A stretch of DNA of 64,000 nucleotides from Syntrophales bacterium (GCA_963662405.2 CAXXKT010000001.1:1536001-1600000), one strand, 5' to 3'. Positions 1 to 10,571 are shown, counted from the stretch's first letter. The notes: a model not told the origin generated them from the letters alone. Numbers and translations are program-made.

Positions 1-5
1 ACGTA

Positions 6-1616
6 TCACTCGTGTGTCTTAATGTGGTTGTCGGTATCCGCCTGTTGCGGGGCCACTTCCGGCTTCAGGATACGAGGGGTGATAAAGATCAGCACCTCTT
101 CCAGCTTCTCGGCCCTGCTGTCTGCCTTGAACAGATACCCCAACGCCGGGATGTCTTTGAGCCCCGGAACGCCGGCATCTCCTCCGGAGGTTCGCTGCTT
201 GCTGAGTCCCGAGATCACGACGGTCTCTCCATCATTGACGATCAGTGTCGTGTCGGTCTGTTTCTTGATGATGTAGGGATTCCCCGCGACATCGCGTGAC
301 GTATCCACTTCATCTTTCTTGATCAGTATCTTCATCTTCAGGCTTTGCCCGTCAATGACATGGGGGGTGATTTCCAGACGCAACACGGCGTCTTCCCAGC
401 TGACCTCCTGGTCACCATCTGAATACGAAACGAAAGGAACACGTTCACCATTTTCGGTAAAGGCCATCTGGTTGTCGAGGGTCGTGATGGAGGGACTGGA
501 AAGGATATTCAGCTTGCCTCTCGACTGCAGGGCACTCAGCTGCATCTCAAGGATGTTCCCTCCGATCTTTCCGAACATGAGTCCCAGGGAGGCTGCTCCG
601 CCTGCCGTGTCTATGGCGCTGCCGCTTACGGGAAAATTGATGCCCATACCATGGCCACTGACACCCGTGCTTCCGTACACGGGCGTATACCCGCCGCCGG
701 CGGGATCTGCCCCGGTCGTTCCGGTATTTCCACCGGGGGTAATATAATAGTTATTCCCCCCGGTGGTGTTACCATACATGCCCCCCCACTGTATTCCCAG
801 TTCACGAGCCGTCTCTTTGGTCGTTTCAACGATATTCGCCTCTATGCGAATCTGGGGGGTGGGTCTGTCTATGTCGTCTACCATGGCAACAATCTTTTCG
901 AGGTCCCCCCTCGTCGCCTGTATAACCAGCGAATTGGTGTGCTCATCCACTCGGATCGAACCATGCGGGTTTCCCTTTTCATCTTTGCTCAAGAAGTTCT
1001 CGAGTGTTTCTTTCAATTTTTCGGGGTCCGCGTAATTAACGGGAACGACCATGGGGAGCAGGGGAGACAATCTCTTCTGGATGATCTGCTGTTCAGTTCG
1101 TTCCCTCGCGATCTTCTCCAGTTCGAGATCATTCTGCATATCCGCCGCCGTCGTTATCCGTATAATATCACCGTCCCACACATAGGTAAGCATCTTAGAG
1201 CGCATAATACTGAGAAACGCCTCATCCCACCTGACTTTTCTGAAATCAACACTAATCTTCCCTTCTATCTCCGATTTGATGAGGATGTTTTGTCCGGCTG
1301 CCGTGGCGAGCGTGCGGAGGATAACGCCGACATCGGTGTCACGCATGATGAGGGTGACTTGCATGGTGGGGAGATCCTTGCGCTTCATTTTAATGGCCGC
1401 CGTACTCGGATCTTCCGGTATCGTAAGAGAACGGCTCCGAACAATCGGTGAGCTTCCCGCAGACTCCTTCGCCTTGATATTCCACTGCTCGAAAAACGGA
1501 TCTCTCTCGGGCGCTTTCTGTGTGCCGGCACAACCGAAGGCACATGCACCGGCCATGAGGGCCAAGGTTATCCATGCCATGGTATTTTTTCTCATTACCT
1601 TCACCGTACTCCCCAT
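6..1616 (-). CDS. pilQ: Type IV pilus secretin (short, probable lipoprotein); start may be 1595
   Basis: STN/N3/secretin features (QIRIEANIVE..ELGIQW, ILSSPSITTLDN, GVPGLKDIPALGYLF..EVLIFITPRI); lipobox-like AFGC; last gene of a pilMNOP-like operon. Confidence 0.9.
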   Translation of the reverse strand: MGSTVKVMRKNTMAWITLALMAGACAFGCAGTQKAPERDPFFEQWNIKAKESAGSSPIVRSRSLTIPEDPSTAAIKMKRKDLPTMQVTLIMRDTDVGVILRTLATAAGQNILIKSEIEGKISVDFRKVRWDEAFLSIMRSKMLTYVWDGDIIRITTAADMQNDLELEKIARERTEQQIIQKRLSPLLPMVVPVNYADPEKLKETLENFLSKDEKGNPHGSIRVDEHTNSLVIQATRGDLEKIVAMVDDIDRPTPQIRIEANIVETTKETARELGIQWGGMYGNTTGGNNYYITPGGNTGTTGADPAGGGYTPVYGSTGVSGHGMGINFPVSGSAIDTAGGAASLGLMFGKIGGNILEMQLSALQSRGKLNILSSPSITTLDNQMAFTENGERVPFVSYSDGDQEVSWEDAVLRLEITPHVIDGQSLKMKILIKKDEVDTSRDVAGNPYIIKKQTDTTLIVNDGETVVISGLSKQRTSGGDAGVPGLKDIPALGYLFKADSRAEKLEEVLIFITPRILKPEVAPQQADTDNHIKTHE

Positions 1617-1622
1617 GAAAGG

Positions 1623-2105
1623 TTACTCCTCCCATAAAGGAACGGCAATCGTTCTTCCCGTTCCCTTTTCTTCAATATCGATCGATGAAGCTCCGATACG
1701 TTTCACAAGGAATCCTCCCTGCTCCAGTTCTTCGCCGGGTTCATAACTCACACCGTCAACAACGGCTATTTTGCGCGTGCCGATTTCCAGATATCCCGTG
1801 TAGGCGATAGGCCTCAGATCGGGCGTCCTCTTCACGGGTTTGTTCTCTCTGTAAAAAGGATCTCGTTCCCATTCGCTCTGGGCCTGGGTCAGGACAGCGG
1901 CATAGAACGGATAGGAACCGCTTTCCTGTAGGGTCTTCGAGGCCGTTGCTATCAGCATGTCGATTTCCTTGGCACGTTCATTCCCGACACCCGCTTGCCT
2001 CGGTGATGAATCGATAAAAAAATCATACGCGCCATACAGGACAACAGTCAGCATGACAACCATGATGACAACCTCTCGCGCTGATACCTTGATCTTTCTC
2101 ATCAT
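1623..2105 (-). CDS. PilP-like pilus assembly protein
   Basis: N-terminal TM, RDPF motif, beta-rich C-terminus (YTGYLEIG..AVVDG); lies between pilO and pilQ. Confidence 0.6.
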   Translation of the reverse strand: MMRKIKVSAREVVIMVVMLTVVLYGAYDFFIDSSPRQAGVGNERAKEIDMLIATASKTLQESGSYPFYAAVLTQAQSEWERDPFYRENKPVKRTPDLRPIAYTGYLEIGTRKIAVVDGVSYEPGEELEQGGFLVKRIGASSIDIEEKGTGRTIAVPLWEE

Positions 2106-2644
2106 TCAACCGCCAGCCGTACCGTGAGGTAAAACGCCTGTTGTACGCCTTCTTCCCTGATCTTGATTTCTTCCACTCCTTTGAGGGAGGGGAGTGCTCC
2201 CGTTCCCAACAAAAACTTTCGGAAGTCGAAGAATCCCCCTTTCAGATGAAGAGCAACTACTATCTCATCGGATTTACTTATGATGCTTTGCAGGTTCGGT
2301 CTGACGGCGACCACCTGTACCCCGCTTTCAGCACCGATCTTCTGAAACAAAGAGGCGACGAGGTCTATTGCTCCTCGCGGAAGTGGTTTTGTATCAGGAA
2401 CCGGCAAGACGATCTCGGTCGGATGGTTGTTGTGCTTGGCCATCTCTTCATAGAGAGGCCGGAGGTCCCGTTGCTTTTTTATCAGGTCCGTTACCTGCCG
2501 TATCTTGTCATCGATAGACGCCGAGAATCGCTGGTGCGGATACACGAGGCCGAAATAAAGAATAATCAATATTACAAGAGACAAAAGGCAATACATGATG
2601 CTCCGTTCGGGGATGCTGCCTCTCTGTGCGGTAACAGGCTTCAT
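2102..2644 (-). CDS. pilO: Type IV pilus inner-membrane protein PilO-like
   Basis: TM + coiled coil + ferredoxin-like domain (LHLKGGFFDFRKFL); 4-bp overlap with the next gene. Confidence 0.75.
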   Translation of the reverse strand: MKPVTAQRGSIPERSIMYCLLSLVILIILYFGLVYPHQRFSASIDDKIRQVTDLIKKQRDLRPLYEEMAKHNNHPTEIVLPVPDTKPLPRGAIDLVASLFQKIGAESGVQVVAVRPNLQSIISKSDEIVVALHLKGGFFDFRKFLLGTGALPSLKGVEEIKIREEGVQQAFYLTVRLAVE

Positions 2645-2645
2645 T

Positions 2646-4508
2646 TCATGCTCCCGGAAAAGAAACGCTTATGTTGAAGTGAAGCGCATCTTCGGTATGG
2701 AAGGGTTTTACGGTCTCTTTATCTATCGTGACCTCTTCGAAGATCTGCGACCCCTTGAGGGCAAGGACATATCTTGCCAGAGACGCCTCAAGGGAATCGG
2801 GAGGACCTGTGACGACGCCGCTGATCATCATGCCCGCCGACGCCGGTGCGGCCTTCTTCTCGGCATTCCTCCCCATGGTAGCCGTGACCGTTGAGAGGCA
2901 TATGTCCGGGGGACTCAATCTCGACAGCTCTCCGATGACTGCTGCTCCCCAATACCGCCGGTGGAACTGTTTGAGCGTGAGGCGGTTTTTATCGATTTGT
3001 GAGACCATCGTGTAAGCGCTTTCCTGAACCGTTTTTATATCGGTTTTCATCTGGTGGTCGAGCTGGGTCAGGACGGCTTCTTTCCGTTCAATGACGATTC
3101 CCATCCAGAAAAAGAGTCCGATCAGAATCAGTGCTGCCACGGCGAATGCTGACGCGATCGACCGGTTTACACGGCTGGTTTGTGCAATCTTTTCCTTGTC
3201 TCTGTGGGTGCATATGAGATTCAATGTACGAGACATGCTCGACAGCGCCAGGCCCAGCGCGGAAGTCAGCGAAGCCCTTTGAGAGACGGATGTATGTTCC
3301 GTTATCGCATTCAGCGGATTATCCGGGCCCATGGGATCCAGTACCGTGTTATCCACCCTGAGTTGGCCGCCGATATATTCGGTAACGGGCCGATACACCC
3401 CGCCATCGGAGAATACATAAATGTAATCGATCCCCTCATTACCCAGAATAACGGTATAGTGCTCAAGGGTTCTCTCCACCTGCCTCACGAGTCGTTCCAA
3501 GGCAGGCTGAATCATCTCGAAGATCTTCTCCTTGCTGAGACCGAAACGGTCGGTTTTTCCATGGGGCGGAGGGGAATCAACCCCCAGGCTGAAAACCAGA
3601 TCCCTTGCATCTTCGAGAGTTATGATGGTTTGTGGCTGTTCGTGATCGATCTCTGTATCGAGAATGTCATCCTGTTCTTTCGGAAGAATCGTGGCTGTAT
3701 GCTCTTCCAAGAGAGAATCAGCCATACTGTCGATTCCCGCTCGTATGCCGCGCGTCATCGTCAGGTTCCCCAGAGAGAAGACGTCGATGCGTGAAGAATC
3801 ATCCCCTATGAAAAGCGTGGCCGCCCGAGCGGGGACAGGGATCCAATCGGCCCTGAACAGGTTTTGCAAGGCGAAGGGGGCAGCGGTCAGGCCGGTCAAC
3901 GGAAAGCCGATTCCTTCAAAGAGTTTTTCAATCTCTTCAACTTCGCGTTTCGGAGCGGTACAGACGACTACCGACAGCTTGGTGACCCCTTCTTCGACCA
4001 CTTCACCCTGGACTTCAAAATCAAGGATCATGTTTGCTTTATCGAAAGCCGAGTTTTTTTTAACGGTCCAGTAGACGGCGTTTTCGAGCTGTTTCTTCGC
4101 CACTTTCGGAATCCGGATGTTTTCCACGTCTACCGTATCAGACCGGATCAGGCTCCAGATATTGAGGCCCCTCCCGGAACCGCAGAACTCTTCAAGGGTT
4201 GCCTTCATAAAAGAGGCATGCTCGGCGGTTCCCCGCACTATCCCCCTTGCAACGGAGACCCGTTTATAACTCAGCAACTCCGACTGGCCGTTCGAGAGCT
4301 GTCTTACCTTGACTAGCCTCAATTCGTCATCCGTGATATCCACTCCCACGGACAGGGCTTTCTTTGCGAAACCACCCCGCAGGTTTTCCTTCCTTGCGGT
4401 TTCGGATGGGGAAACCTTTGGTGTGCCGGATATCACCTCCCGCGTCTCCTTATTGCGGATCAGGGTGAGCAACCGTTCAGTTGAAGAAATGTCTTTGTGG
4501 GAAGGCAC
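2646..4508 (-). CDS. PilM-PilN fusion protein
   Basis: Actin-like PilM part (VGVDITDD, LFIGDDSSRI, ALGLAL) followed by RTLNL, a TM helix, coiled coil and PilN domain; GTG start at 4508 after GGAG. Confidence 0.8.
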   Translation of the reverse strand: MPSHKDISSTERLLTLIRNKETREVISGTPKVSPSETARKENLRGGFAKKALSVGVDITDDELRLVKVRQLSNGQSELLSYKRVSVARGIVRGTAEHASFMKATLEEFCGSGRGLNIWSLIRSDTVDVENIRIPKVAKKQLENAVYWTVKKNSAFDKANMILDFEVQGEVVEEGVTKLSVVVCTAPKREVEEIEKLFEGIGFPLTGLTAAPFALQNLFRADWIPVPARAATLFIGDDSSRIDVFSLGNLTMTRGIRAGIDSMADSLLEEHTATILPKEQDDILDTEIDHEQPQTIITLEDARDLVFSLGVDSPPPHGKTDRFGLSKEKIFEMIQPALERLVRQVERTLEHYTVILGNEGIDYIYVFSDGGVYRPVTEYIGGQLRVDNTVLDPMGPDNPLNAITEHTSVSQRASLTSALGLALSSMSRTLNLICTHRDKEKIAQTSRVNRSIASAFAVAALILIGLFFWMGIVIERKEAVLTQLDHQMKTDIKTVQESAYTMVSQIDKNRLTLKQFHRRYWGAAVIGELSRLSPPDICLSTVTATMGRNAEKKAAPASAGMMISGVVTGPPDSLEASLARYVLALKGSQIFEEVTIDKETVKPFHTEDALHFNISVSFPGA

Positions 4509-4590
4509 CGCACCACTCTCCCGTCTAGTCGTTACCAAACAACCGTTTATGTGCGTACAAATCAATGTCCTCCATGCTGGAAACAAGCTA

Positions 4591-4839
4591 TCAAAAGATG
4601 CTTAACTGCTTGTCCCGTCTGCGAGTCATTTGCGTGCGCCGATAATTTTCAAGGATTTTTTTGGCCTCCCCGATATAATCCGTGGGGAAGTGCTTGAAGG
4701 TTCGCAAACCGGATTGAACCTCCGGAGGCTCCGGGATGATGCCTTTCTCTATATAGCTCCGTATCGTCTTCGCAGAGACCCCGAGAGCCTTTGCCGCATC
4801 TGCAGTTGTGTAATATGTCTTTCCTTCGATAATAACCAT
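4591..4839 (-). CDS. Small MerR/Xis-like helix-turn-helix DNA-binding protein
   Basis: YTTADAAKALGVSAKTIRSYIEKGIIPEP..GLRTF; 82 aa, no effector domain. Confidence 0.85.
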   Translation of the reverse strand: MVIIEGKTYYTTADAAKALGVSAKTIRSYIEKGIIPEPPEVQSGLRTFKHFPTDYIGEAKKILENYRRTQMTRRRDKQLSIF

Positions 4840-4924
4840 GTGATTCCCCCAGAAACTGCGAAATCATGTACCCCTTGTCGTTGGATCGGAAAGTTCGTCC
4901 ATATCGGAATATCCAACAGGTACT

Positions 4925-4954
4925 AACATACCCTACCTTTCGAACCTATGTCAA
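4925..4954 (-). promoter_or_regulatory. Putative sigma70 promoter for the HTH-pil operon
   Basis: TTGACA-N18-TATGTT on the minus strand. Confidence 0.4.
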
Positions 4955-5163
4955 GGTTTTTCGTTTTCCCCTATATCAGGTGAAACGCAATATATTCTTT
5001 AAAATTCAGCTAATTATCAACAATGATATCTTATGCAAAAATAATTATCTTCAATAAGGCCTAAAACCCCGGATAAAGTATTGACACAATCGCTGATCTC
5101 GTAATAGGGAATAATGGCATCTGTCATGAATGTAAGCTGTATGGGGGGGGAGTACCGGTGTGT

Positions 5164-5246
5164 ACAATTCCCACGGACAACAGGCGGGACCGCATCTTCC
5201 TTGTTATGCGCGATAATGCCCGCACAATTCCCACGGATAACAGGCG
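5164..5246. repeat. 23-bp direct repeat, two copies 60 bp apart (candidate activator sites)
   Basis: ACAATTCCCACGGA(C/T)AACAGGCG at 5164-5186 and 5224-5246, one mismatch. Confidence 0.85.
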
Positions 5247-5280
5247 AAACACCTCACAGGCCCCCCGGTCGTTCTGTGTC

Positions 5281-5297
5281 TTGGCAGGCATCTTGCG
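5281..5297 (+). promoter_or_regulatory. sigma54 (-24/-12) promoter
   Basis: TTGGCAGGCATCTTGCG: GG-N10-GC, close to consensus YTGGCACG-N4-TTGCW, about 45 bp upstream of the start codon. Confidence 0.65.
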
Positions 5298-5339
5298 GAT
5301 CGAGAACACCGCATACACTATATGAAAAGGAGAGGAATT

Positions 5340-6809
5340 ATGATCGGTATCACGTCGTACGGCGCCTATATCCCCTGGTACCGGATGAACCGCTCAGTCA
5401 TATTTGAGCAGTTGGGGTGGTTCAACCCGGCCCATGCCTCCGTGGCACGGGGTGAAAAGGCGGTTGCCAATTATGATGAAGACAGCATAACCATGGCCGT
5501 CTCGGCGGCCTTGGATTGCCTGGGAACACAAACTCGGGACCGTATCGGTGGCCTGTACCTGGCATCGACATCACTCCCCTTCGCTGAGAGGCAAAACGCC
5601 GTGATTGTCTCTCAGGGGCTTGACCTTTCATCAGGGATCAGGACCGCCGATTTCGGCGGTTCCACAAAGACGGGAACCAGTGCCCTTCTCGCTGCACTTG
5701 ACCGGGCAGGAAAGGAGAAGACCTTAGTCTGTGCGAGTGAAAACCGGCTTGCAAAACCCGGAAGTGTGCAGGAGCACACCTACGGTGACGGCGCTGCGGC
5801 CTTTCTGACGGGGAATGACGATGTCCTGGCAGAGTTCAAGGGGTCCTTTTCCCTCTCCACGGATTTCATTGATTTTCGCCGTACTCAGGGTGAGGAATTT
5901 TCCCACGGATGGGAGGAGAGATGGATCCGCGATGAGGGGTACTCGCGGATTATACCACAGGCGGTGACAGGGCTTCTGGATCGTTATGGTTTAAAGATGT
6001 CTGATTTCGCGAAGGTTATCCTGGCTTGTCCCGTCGCGGGAGCTCTCAAGGGACTGCTTAGGTCTATCGGCGCCGTACCCGAACAAGTGCAGGATGCCAT
6101 GGTCGCGCAGGTGGGGGACACCGGGTCGGCCCTTTCTTTGATGATGCTCGTTGCCGCCTTGGAAGAGGCACGGGCGGGGGATAAAATCCTCGTTGCCAGC
6201 TATGGAAGCGGGAGCGACGCCCTCTGGTTCGAGGTGAAGGACACGATAGAAACGTTCCACCGGACAGGAAGAAAAGGGATTCAAGGTCATCTTGCTCAGA
6301 GAAACGACCTGTCCCCTTACGGCAAATATCTGGTTTTCAGAAATCTTATTCCCCTCGAGGTGGGGATTAGGGGGGAAGAGATCACACCAACGGCAATGAC
6401 CGTTCTCGGGAGGGATGGGAACGCCATCTCCGCCCTCGTGGGCTCACGATGCAGGGCCTGCGGAACGCCTCAGTATCCGAAACAGCGTATCTGTGTGAAC
6501 CCGGACTGCGGTGCCGTGGATGATATGGAGGAGTATCGCTTTTCCGACAAGGTAGGGACCCTTACCGCCTATACCGGGGATAACCTGGCCTTCAGCTGGG
6601 ATCCTCCCCAGATATACGGTCTTGTCGATTTCGAGGGGGGGGGGAGAATCCTCCTCGACCTGACCGACTGTTCGCTCGATTCCGTCAAGGTCAATATGCC
6701 GGTTGCCATGAGTTTCCGCAGGAAGTACGCCGATCCCCAAAGAGGATACTCCGGTTATTTCTGGAAGGCGGTTCCCGGCAAACAGGATTTGTCATCCACC
6801 AACCGGTAA
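5340..6809 (+). CDS. HMG-CoA synthase-like domain (catalytic Cys absent) fused to DUF35 Zn-ribbon/OB-fold
   Basis: GITSYGAYIP, EDSITMA, GDGAAAFL, VGDTG, SYGSG; C-terminal CRAC..CVNPDC + OB fold ending YFWKAVP; RBS AGGAGAGG. Confidence 0.85.
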   Translation: MIGITSYGAYIPWYRMNRSVIFEQLGWFNPAHASVARGEKAVANYDEDSITMAVSAALDCLGTQTRDRIGGLYLASTSLPFAERQNAVIVSQGLDLSSGIRTADFGGSTKTGTSALLAALDRAGKEKTLVCASENRLAKPGSVQEHTYGDGAAAFLTGNDDVLAEFKGSFSLSTDFIDFRRTQGEEFSHGWEERWIRDEGYSRIIPQAVTGLLDRYGLKMSDFAKVILACPVAGALKGLLRSIGAVPEQVQDAMVAQVGDTGSALSLMMLVAALEEARAGDKILVASYGSGSDALWFEVKDTIETFHRTGRKGIQGHLAQRNDLSPYGKYLVFRNLIPLEVGIRGEEITPTAMTVLGRDGNAISALVGSRCRACGTPQYPKQRICVNPDCGAVDDMEEYRFSDKVGTLTAYTGDNLAFSWDPPQIYGLVDFEGGGRILLDLTDCSLDSVKVNMPVAMSFRRKYADPQRGYSGYFWKAVPGKQDLSSTNR

Positions 6810-6824
6810 AAAAGGAGGAATAAA

Positions 6825-8027
6825 ATGGCACGAGGAATAAAAAATGAGGTGGCCATAATCGGTATGGGGTGTACCACCTTCGGCGAGCTGTGGGACAAGG
6901 GCGCGTCCGATCTGATGGTCGATGCCTTTCAGGAGGCTCTCGCGGACGCCGGGATAGAGAAGAAAGACATCGATGCGGCGTGGTTCGGCACCTGCTTCGA
7001 TGAAGTCAATGTGGGGAAAAGCGCCCTGTCCCTGACCAAGACGCTGAAACTCCCCTTTATACCGGCGACCAGGGTGGAAAATTTCTGCGCCAGCGGGACG
7101 GAATCCTTCCGGGGTGCCTGTTACGCCGTCGCTTCCGGGGCATGCGATATCGCTTTGGCCCTGGGGGTCGAGAAACTGAAAGACACCGGATACGGTGGTC
7201 TTCCCGATTTCGGCAACCTGCTGGGATCGCAGAACAGGGCTATCTTTGCCAACCTCACGGCCCCCGGCGGTTTCGCCATGCTGGCAACGGCCTATTTCAA
7301 CAAATACGGTTTTTCCCCCGAGGAGGGTAAACGGGCCCTGGCACACATATCATCCAAGAGCCACCACAACGGGACCCTGAGCCCCAAGGCGCACCTGAAG
7401 AACGAGGTATCCGTCGAAAAGATCATGAACGCCCCGATCATCGCCTGGCCGTTGGGGCTCTTCGACTGCTGCGGCGTGAGCGACGGGGCCGCGTGTGCCA
7501 TCGTCTGCCGCGCAAATAAGGCCAAAAACTTCAGGAAAGATCCCGTCTATGTCAAGGGCCTGCAGATATCCGTCACCTCGGGGGAAGAGATGGCGCACCA
7601 GAAATGGGACGGCACCCACGTCATCCCAACCTATCGGGCCGGATGCGCGGCCTTCAGGGAGGCGGGTATTACCAATCCCCGCGATGAGGTCAGTATGATG
7701 GAAGTCCATGACTGCTTCTCCATCACGGAGCTTTCCACGTATGAGGATCTCCAGATATCTCCCCGGGGGAAGGCCGTCTTGGATATCGAAGCGGGCTTTT
7801 TCGATCTCGATGGGAAGGTCCCCTGCCAGACCGACGGTGGGCTGAAGTGCTTCGGCCATCCCATCGGAGCCTCGGGGATCAGGATGATCTACGAGGAATA
7901 CAAGCAGCTCCAGGGGAAGGCAGATGCACGCCAGATCGAAAACCCCCGGATAGGATTGACCCATAATCTGGGAGGGTTCCCTTGTATGAGCGTTGTCAGC
8001 GTGGCGCTCTTCGGCAATACCCTGTGA
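6825..8027 (+). CDS. Thiolase (SCP2/archaeal-type acetyl-CoA acetyltransferase)
   Basis: ENFCASG nucleophile, [20 protein letters not shown]. Confidence 0.9.
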   Translation: MARGIKNEVAIIGMGCTTFGELWDKGASDLMVDAFQEALADAGIEKKDIDAAWFGTCFDEVNVGKSALSLTKTLKLPFIPATRVENFCASGTESFRGACYAVASGACDIALALGVEKLKDTGYGGLPDFGNLLGSQNRAIFANLTAPGGFAMLATAYFNKYGFSPEEGKRALAHISSKSHHNGTLSPKAHLKNEVSVEKIMNAPIIAWPLGLFDCCGVSDGAACAIVCRANKAKNFRKDPVYVKGLQISVTSGEEMAHQKWDGTHVIPTYRAGCAAFREAGITNPRDEVSMMEVHDCFSITELSTYEDLQISPRGKAVLDIEAGFFDLDGKVPCQTDGGLKCFGHPIGASGIRMIYEEYKQLQGKADARQIENPRIGLTHNLGGFPCMSVVSVALFGNTL

Positions 8028-8097
8028 CGGTATTGTGGGGGAGCCGATGCCTGATAGAGGAGAGAGGGATCCGTCAATGAAAGTAAAGGAGGAAGCA

Positions 8098-8955
8098 ATG
8101 GAAATCAAGAAAGTATGTGTTTTGGGAGCGGGGCTGATGGGGAGCGGTATCGCCCAGGTCTGCGCACAGGCGGGATATGCCGTTGCCATGCGCGACATTG
8201 AGCAGCGCTTTATCGACGGGGGGATGGACTCGATTCAAAAGAACCTCGCTCGGGTCGTCTCGAAAGGGAAAATGGAACCGGAAGAGATGGATGCCGCCCT
8301 TGAAAGAATCATTCCTACCCTGGATATACAAGAGGCCGCCCGTGACGCAGACATCGTCGTTGAGGTGATCGTCGAGGTGATGGATATCAAAAAGCAGGTG
8401 TACACCGAGCTGGAAGAAATCGTGCCGGAACGGTGCCTCTTTTTCACCAACACATCAGGCCTGAGCATCACCGAGATGGCGGCCATCACGCAGAGACCGG
8501 ACAAGTTCATCGGCACTCATTTCTTCAATCCCGTCCCGGTCATGCGTCTCTTGGAGATCATCAAGGGGCAGGAAACCTCCGCGGAGACTCTGGCGGTGGC
8601 GAAGGAATGGGGGAAAAAGATCGGCAAGGAGATCATCGTCGTCAACGAGGCGCCTGCCTTTGCCGTCAATCGGATCCTGTGCACCATGCTCAACGAGGCC
8701 TTCTTCGCCCTGGGAGAGGGGGTGGCCAGCGCGGAGGACATCGATACGGGGATGGTCCTGGGATGCAACCACCCCATCGGCCCTTTGGCCCTTGCCGATC
8801 TCGTCGGCCTGGAGACCCTCCTCCATGTGATAGAGGGACTCCACGAGGAACTGGGCGACAAATACCGACCCGCCCCCTTGCTTAAGAAGCTGGTTCGGGC
8901 AAAGCGGTACGGCAGGAAAACGGGGAAAGGGGTATACGATTATGGTGAGGGGTAA
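8098..8955 (+). CDS. hbd: 3-hydroxybutyryl/3-hydroxyacyl-CoA dehydrogenase
   Basis: [40 protein letters not shown]. Confidence 0.9.
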   Translation: MEIKKVCVLGAGLMGSGIAQVCAQAGYAVAMRDIEQRFIDGGMDSIQKNLARVVSKGKMEPEEMDAALERIIPTLDIQEAARDADIVVEVIVEVMDIKKQVYTELEEIVPERCLFFTNTSGLSITEMAAITQRPDKFIGTHFFNPVPVMRLLEIIKGQETSAETLAVAKEWGKKIGKEIIVVNEAPAFAVNRILCTMLNEAFFALGEGVASAEDIDTGMVLGCNHPIGPLALADLVGLETLLHVIEGLHEELGDKYRPAPLLKKLVRAKRYGRKTGKGVYDYGEG

Positions 8956-9117
8956 GGATACGTTACCTTGTCAACCGGTGAGGAATATTGCTTAAAGCGA
9001 TTCTTTAATTTCATACTAAAGTGGTATTTACAAACCGTACGTATCCAAGGATACTGCAAACGTGCTGGGGATTCTTGTGCCACGTGTGCGGATACATGAC
9101 GGGGATAGGGAGGGGAC

Positions 9118-10260
9118 ATGGATTTTGAACTATCGGAAGAGATGACGATGCTGCAGGACATGGCCTACCGCTTTGCCCAGGCGGAGATAGCCCCCGTCTC
9201 GGAGGAGTGTGACCGGGAAGAGAAGTATACCCCTGAGCTGCGGAAGAAGGCCGCCCGCCATGGCCTCGTGTGTTCATGGGTCCCGGAAGAGTATGGCGGT
9301 GCCGGGGTCGGAATATTGGGGAACTCCCTGGTTATGGAACAATTTTCCCGAATCGACACGGGGATCGGACTCAATATCGTGGCGGCAGGCTTCGGATGTG
9401 AGGCGGTCTACGCCTTCGGGACGGAAGAGCAGAAACAGCGATATCTCCCCCCCGTATGCAGCGGCCAGCAGGTGAGCGCCGGCGCTTTTACGGAACCGAA
9501 CGCGGGGACGGACGTGGCCGGATACGCAACGAGAGCGGTGCGAGACGGTGATGAGTACATCATCAACGGCAGCAAGATGTTTATCACCAACGGGACCGTC
9601 TGCGACTGGATGGTCTGCCAGTGTATCACCCATCCCGATGAAAAGACGCACAACCGGTTCAGCCAGATCATTGTGCCCGCCGACGCACCTGGTGTCACGC
9701 GAACCAAGATCCACGGTAAGATGGGAATCAGGGCTACCGATACGGCCGAGATCGCCCTCGAAGATGTTGGCGTTTCCCGGGAGAATCTGGTGGGGGAAGA
9801 GGGGAAAGGTTTCTACCAGCTGATGCATTTCTTTGACGTCACCAGGATCATGGTGGCCGCGCAGGCACTCGGTATGGCCCAGGGCTGCCTGGATGAGGCC
9901 GTCAGATACGCGCAGGAGCGCACCGCATTCGGCAAATCGATCGGGACCTTTCAGATGACCATGCAGAAGCTGACGGAGATGGCGATCAGGACGGAGGCCT
10001 TGAGGGGTCTTGTCTATAAGGCCGCATGGTCGGTGGATGCGGGGAAGCCCGATTTTCACCTGGGGGCGATGGCAAAATTCTACGGGGGACAGACCGCCGT
10101 ATTCTGCGCCAACGCCGCCGTTGAGATCCACGGAGGATACGGCTACATTGAAGAGTACCCGGTCCAGAAGTGGTATCGGGATGCCAAGATACTGGAACTG
10201 TATGAAGGGACGAAGGAAGCTGAAATATTGACTATCGGGAGGGTCCTGCAATCCCGATAG
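9118..10260 (+). CDS. Acyl-CoA dehydrogenase
   Basis: FTEPNAGTD, NGSKMFITNG, KMGIR, IHGGYGY, YRDAKILELYEGT. Confidence 0.95.
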   Translation: MDFELSEEMTMLQDMAYRFAQAEIAPVSEECDREEKYTPELRKKAARHGLVCSWVPEEYGGAGVGILGNSLVMEQFSRIDTGIGLNIVAAGFGCEAVYAFGTEEQKQRYLPPVCSGQQVSAGAFTEPNAGTDVAGYATRAVRDGDEYIINGSKMFITNGTVCDWMVCQCITHPDEKTHNRFSQIIVPADAPGVTRTKIHGKMGIRATDTAEIALEDVGVSRENLVGEEGKGFYQLMHFFDVTRIMVAAQALGMAQGCLDEAVRYAQERTAFGKSIGTFQMTMQKLTEMAIRTEALRGLVYKAAWSVDAGKPDFHLGAMAKFYGGQTAVFCANAAVEIHGGYGYIEEYPVQKWYRDAKILELYEGTKEAEILTIGRVLQSR

Positions 10261-10571
10261 ACTGAGGGCGGAGGAAGGCTCGTAAAAGAAGTTGTCCGGG
10301 AAAGAGGTCTTTGAGCACAATGCCCTTGTGTCCCTCAAAGAGAATTTTATATAACGACCAAAGATATTGCAGGATGGTGGATCCGTTGCCGTCGGCTTTC
10401 CGGCTGATCGAGATGGATAAAAAAAGATCATTTACACGGAAGCACGAATAAAAACAGGTGAAAAAAGTTGATTGGCCGGCATGGACCATCGTGTTCCTGC
10501 CAGGGTGAGTAAAACGGTGTTTATCGGTAATCGCGGTATTGTTCCGGTAGAAGGGGAAATGGGAAGATCAG

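Noticed and set aside
4591..4839. Excisionase marking a prophage or ICE
   Set aside because: No integrase, att-like repeats or phage genes in the window
5081..5110. sigma70 promoter at TTGACA 5081
   Set aside because: No acceptable -10 element at 16-18 bp spacing
5164..5246. Mini-CRISPR (23-bp repeat, 37-bp spacer)
   Set aside because: Only two copies, non-palindromic, no cas genes; its position upstream of a sigma54 promoter explains it better
9274..10431. Long antisense ORFs (also 7350-8198, 29531-30577, 32035-33859, 36270-37442, 46114-47388, 59669-60676)
   Set aside because: Codon-bias shadows opposite well-supported genes in GC-rich DNA
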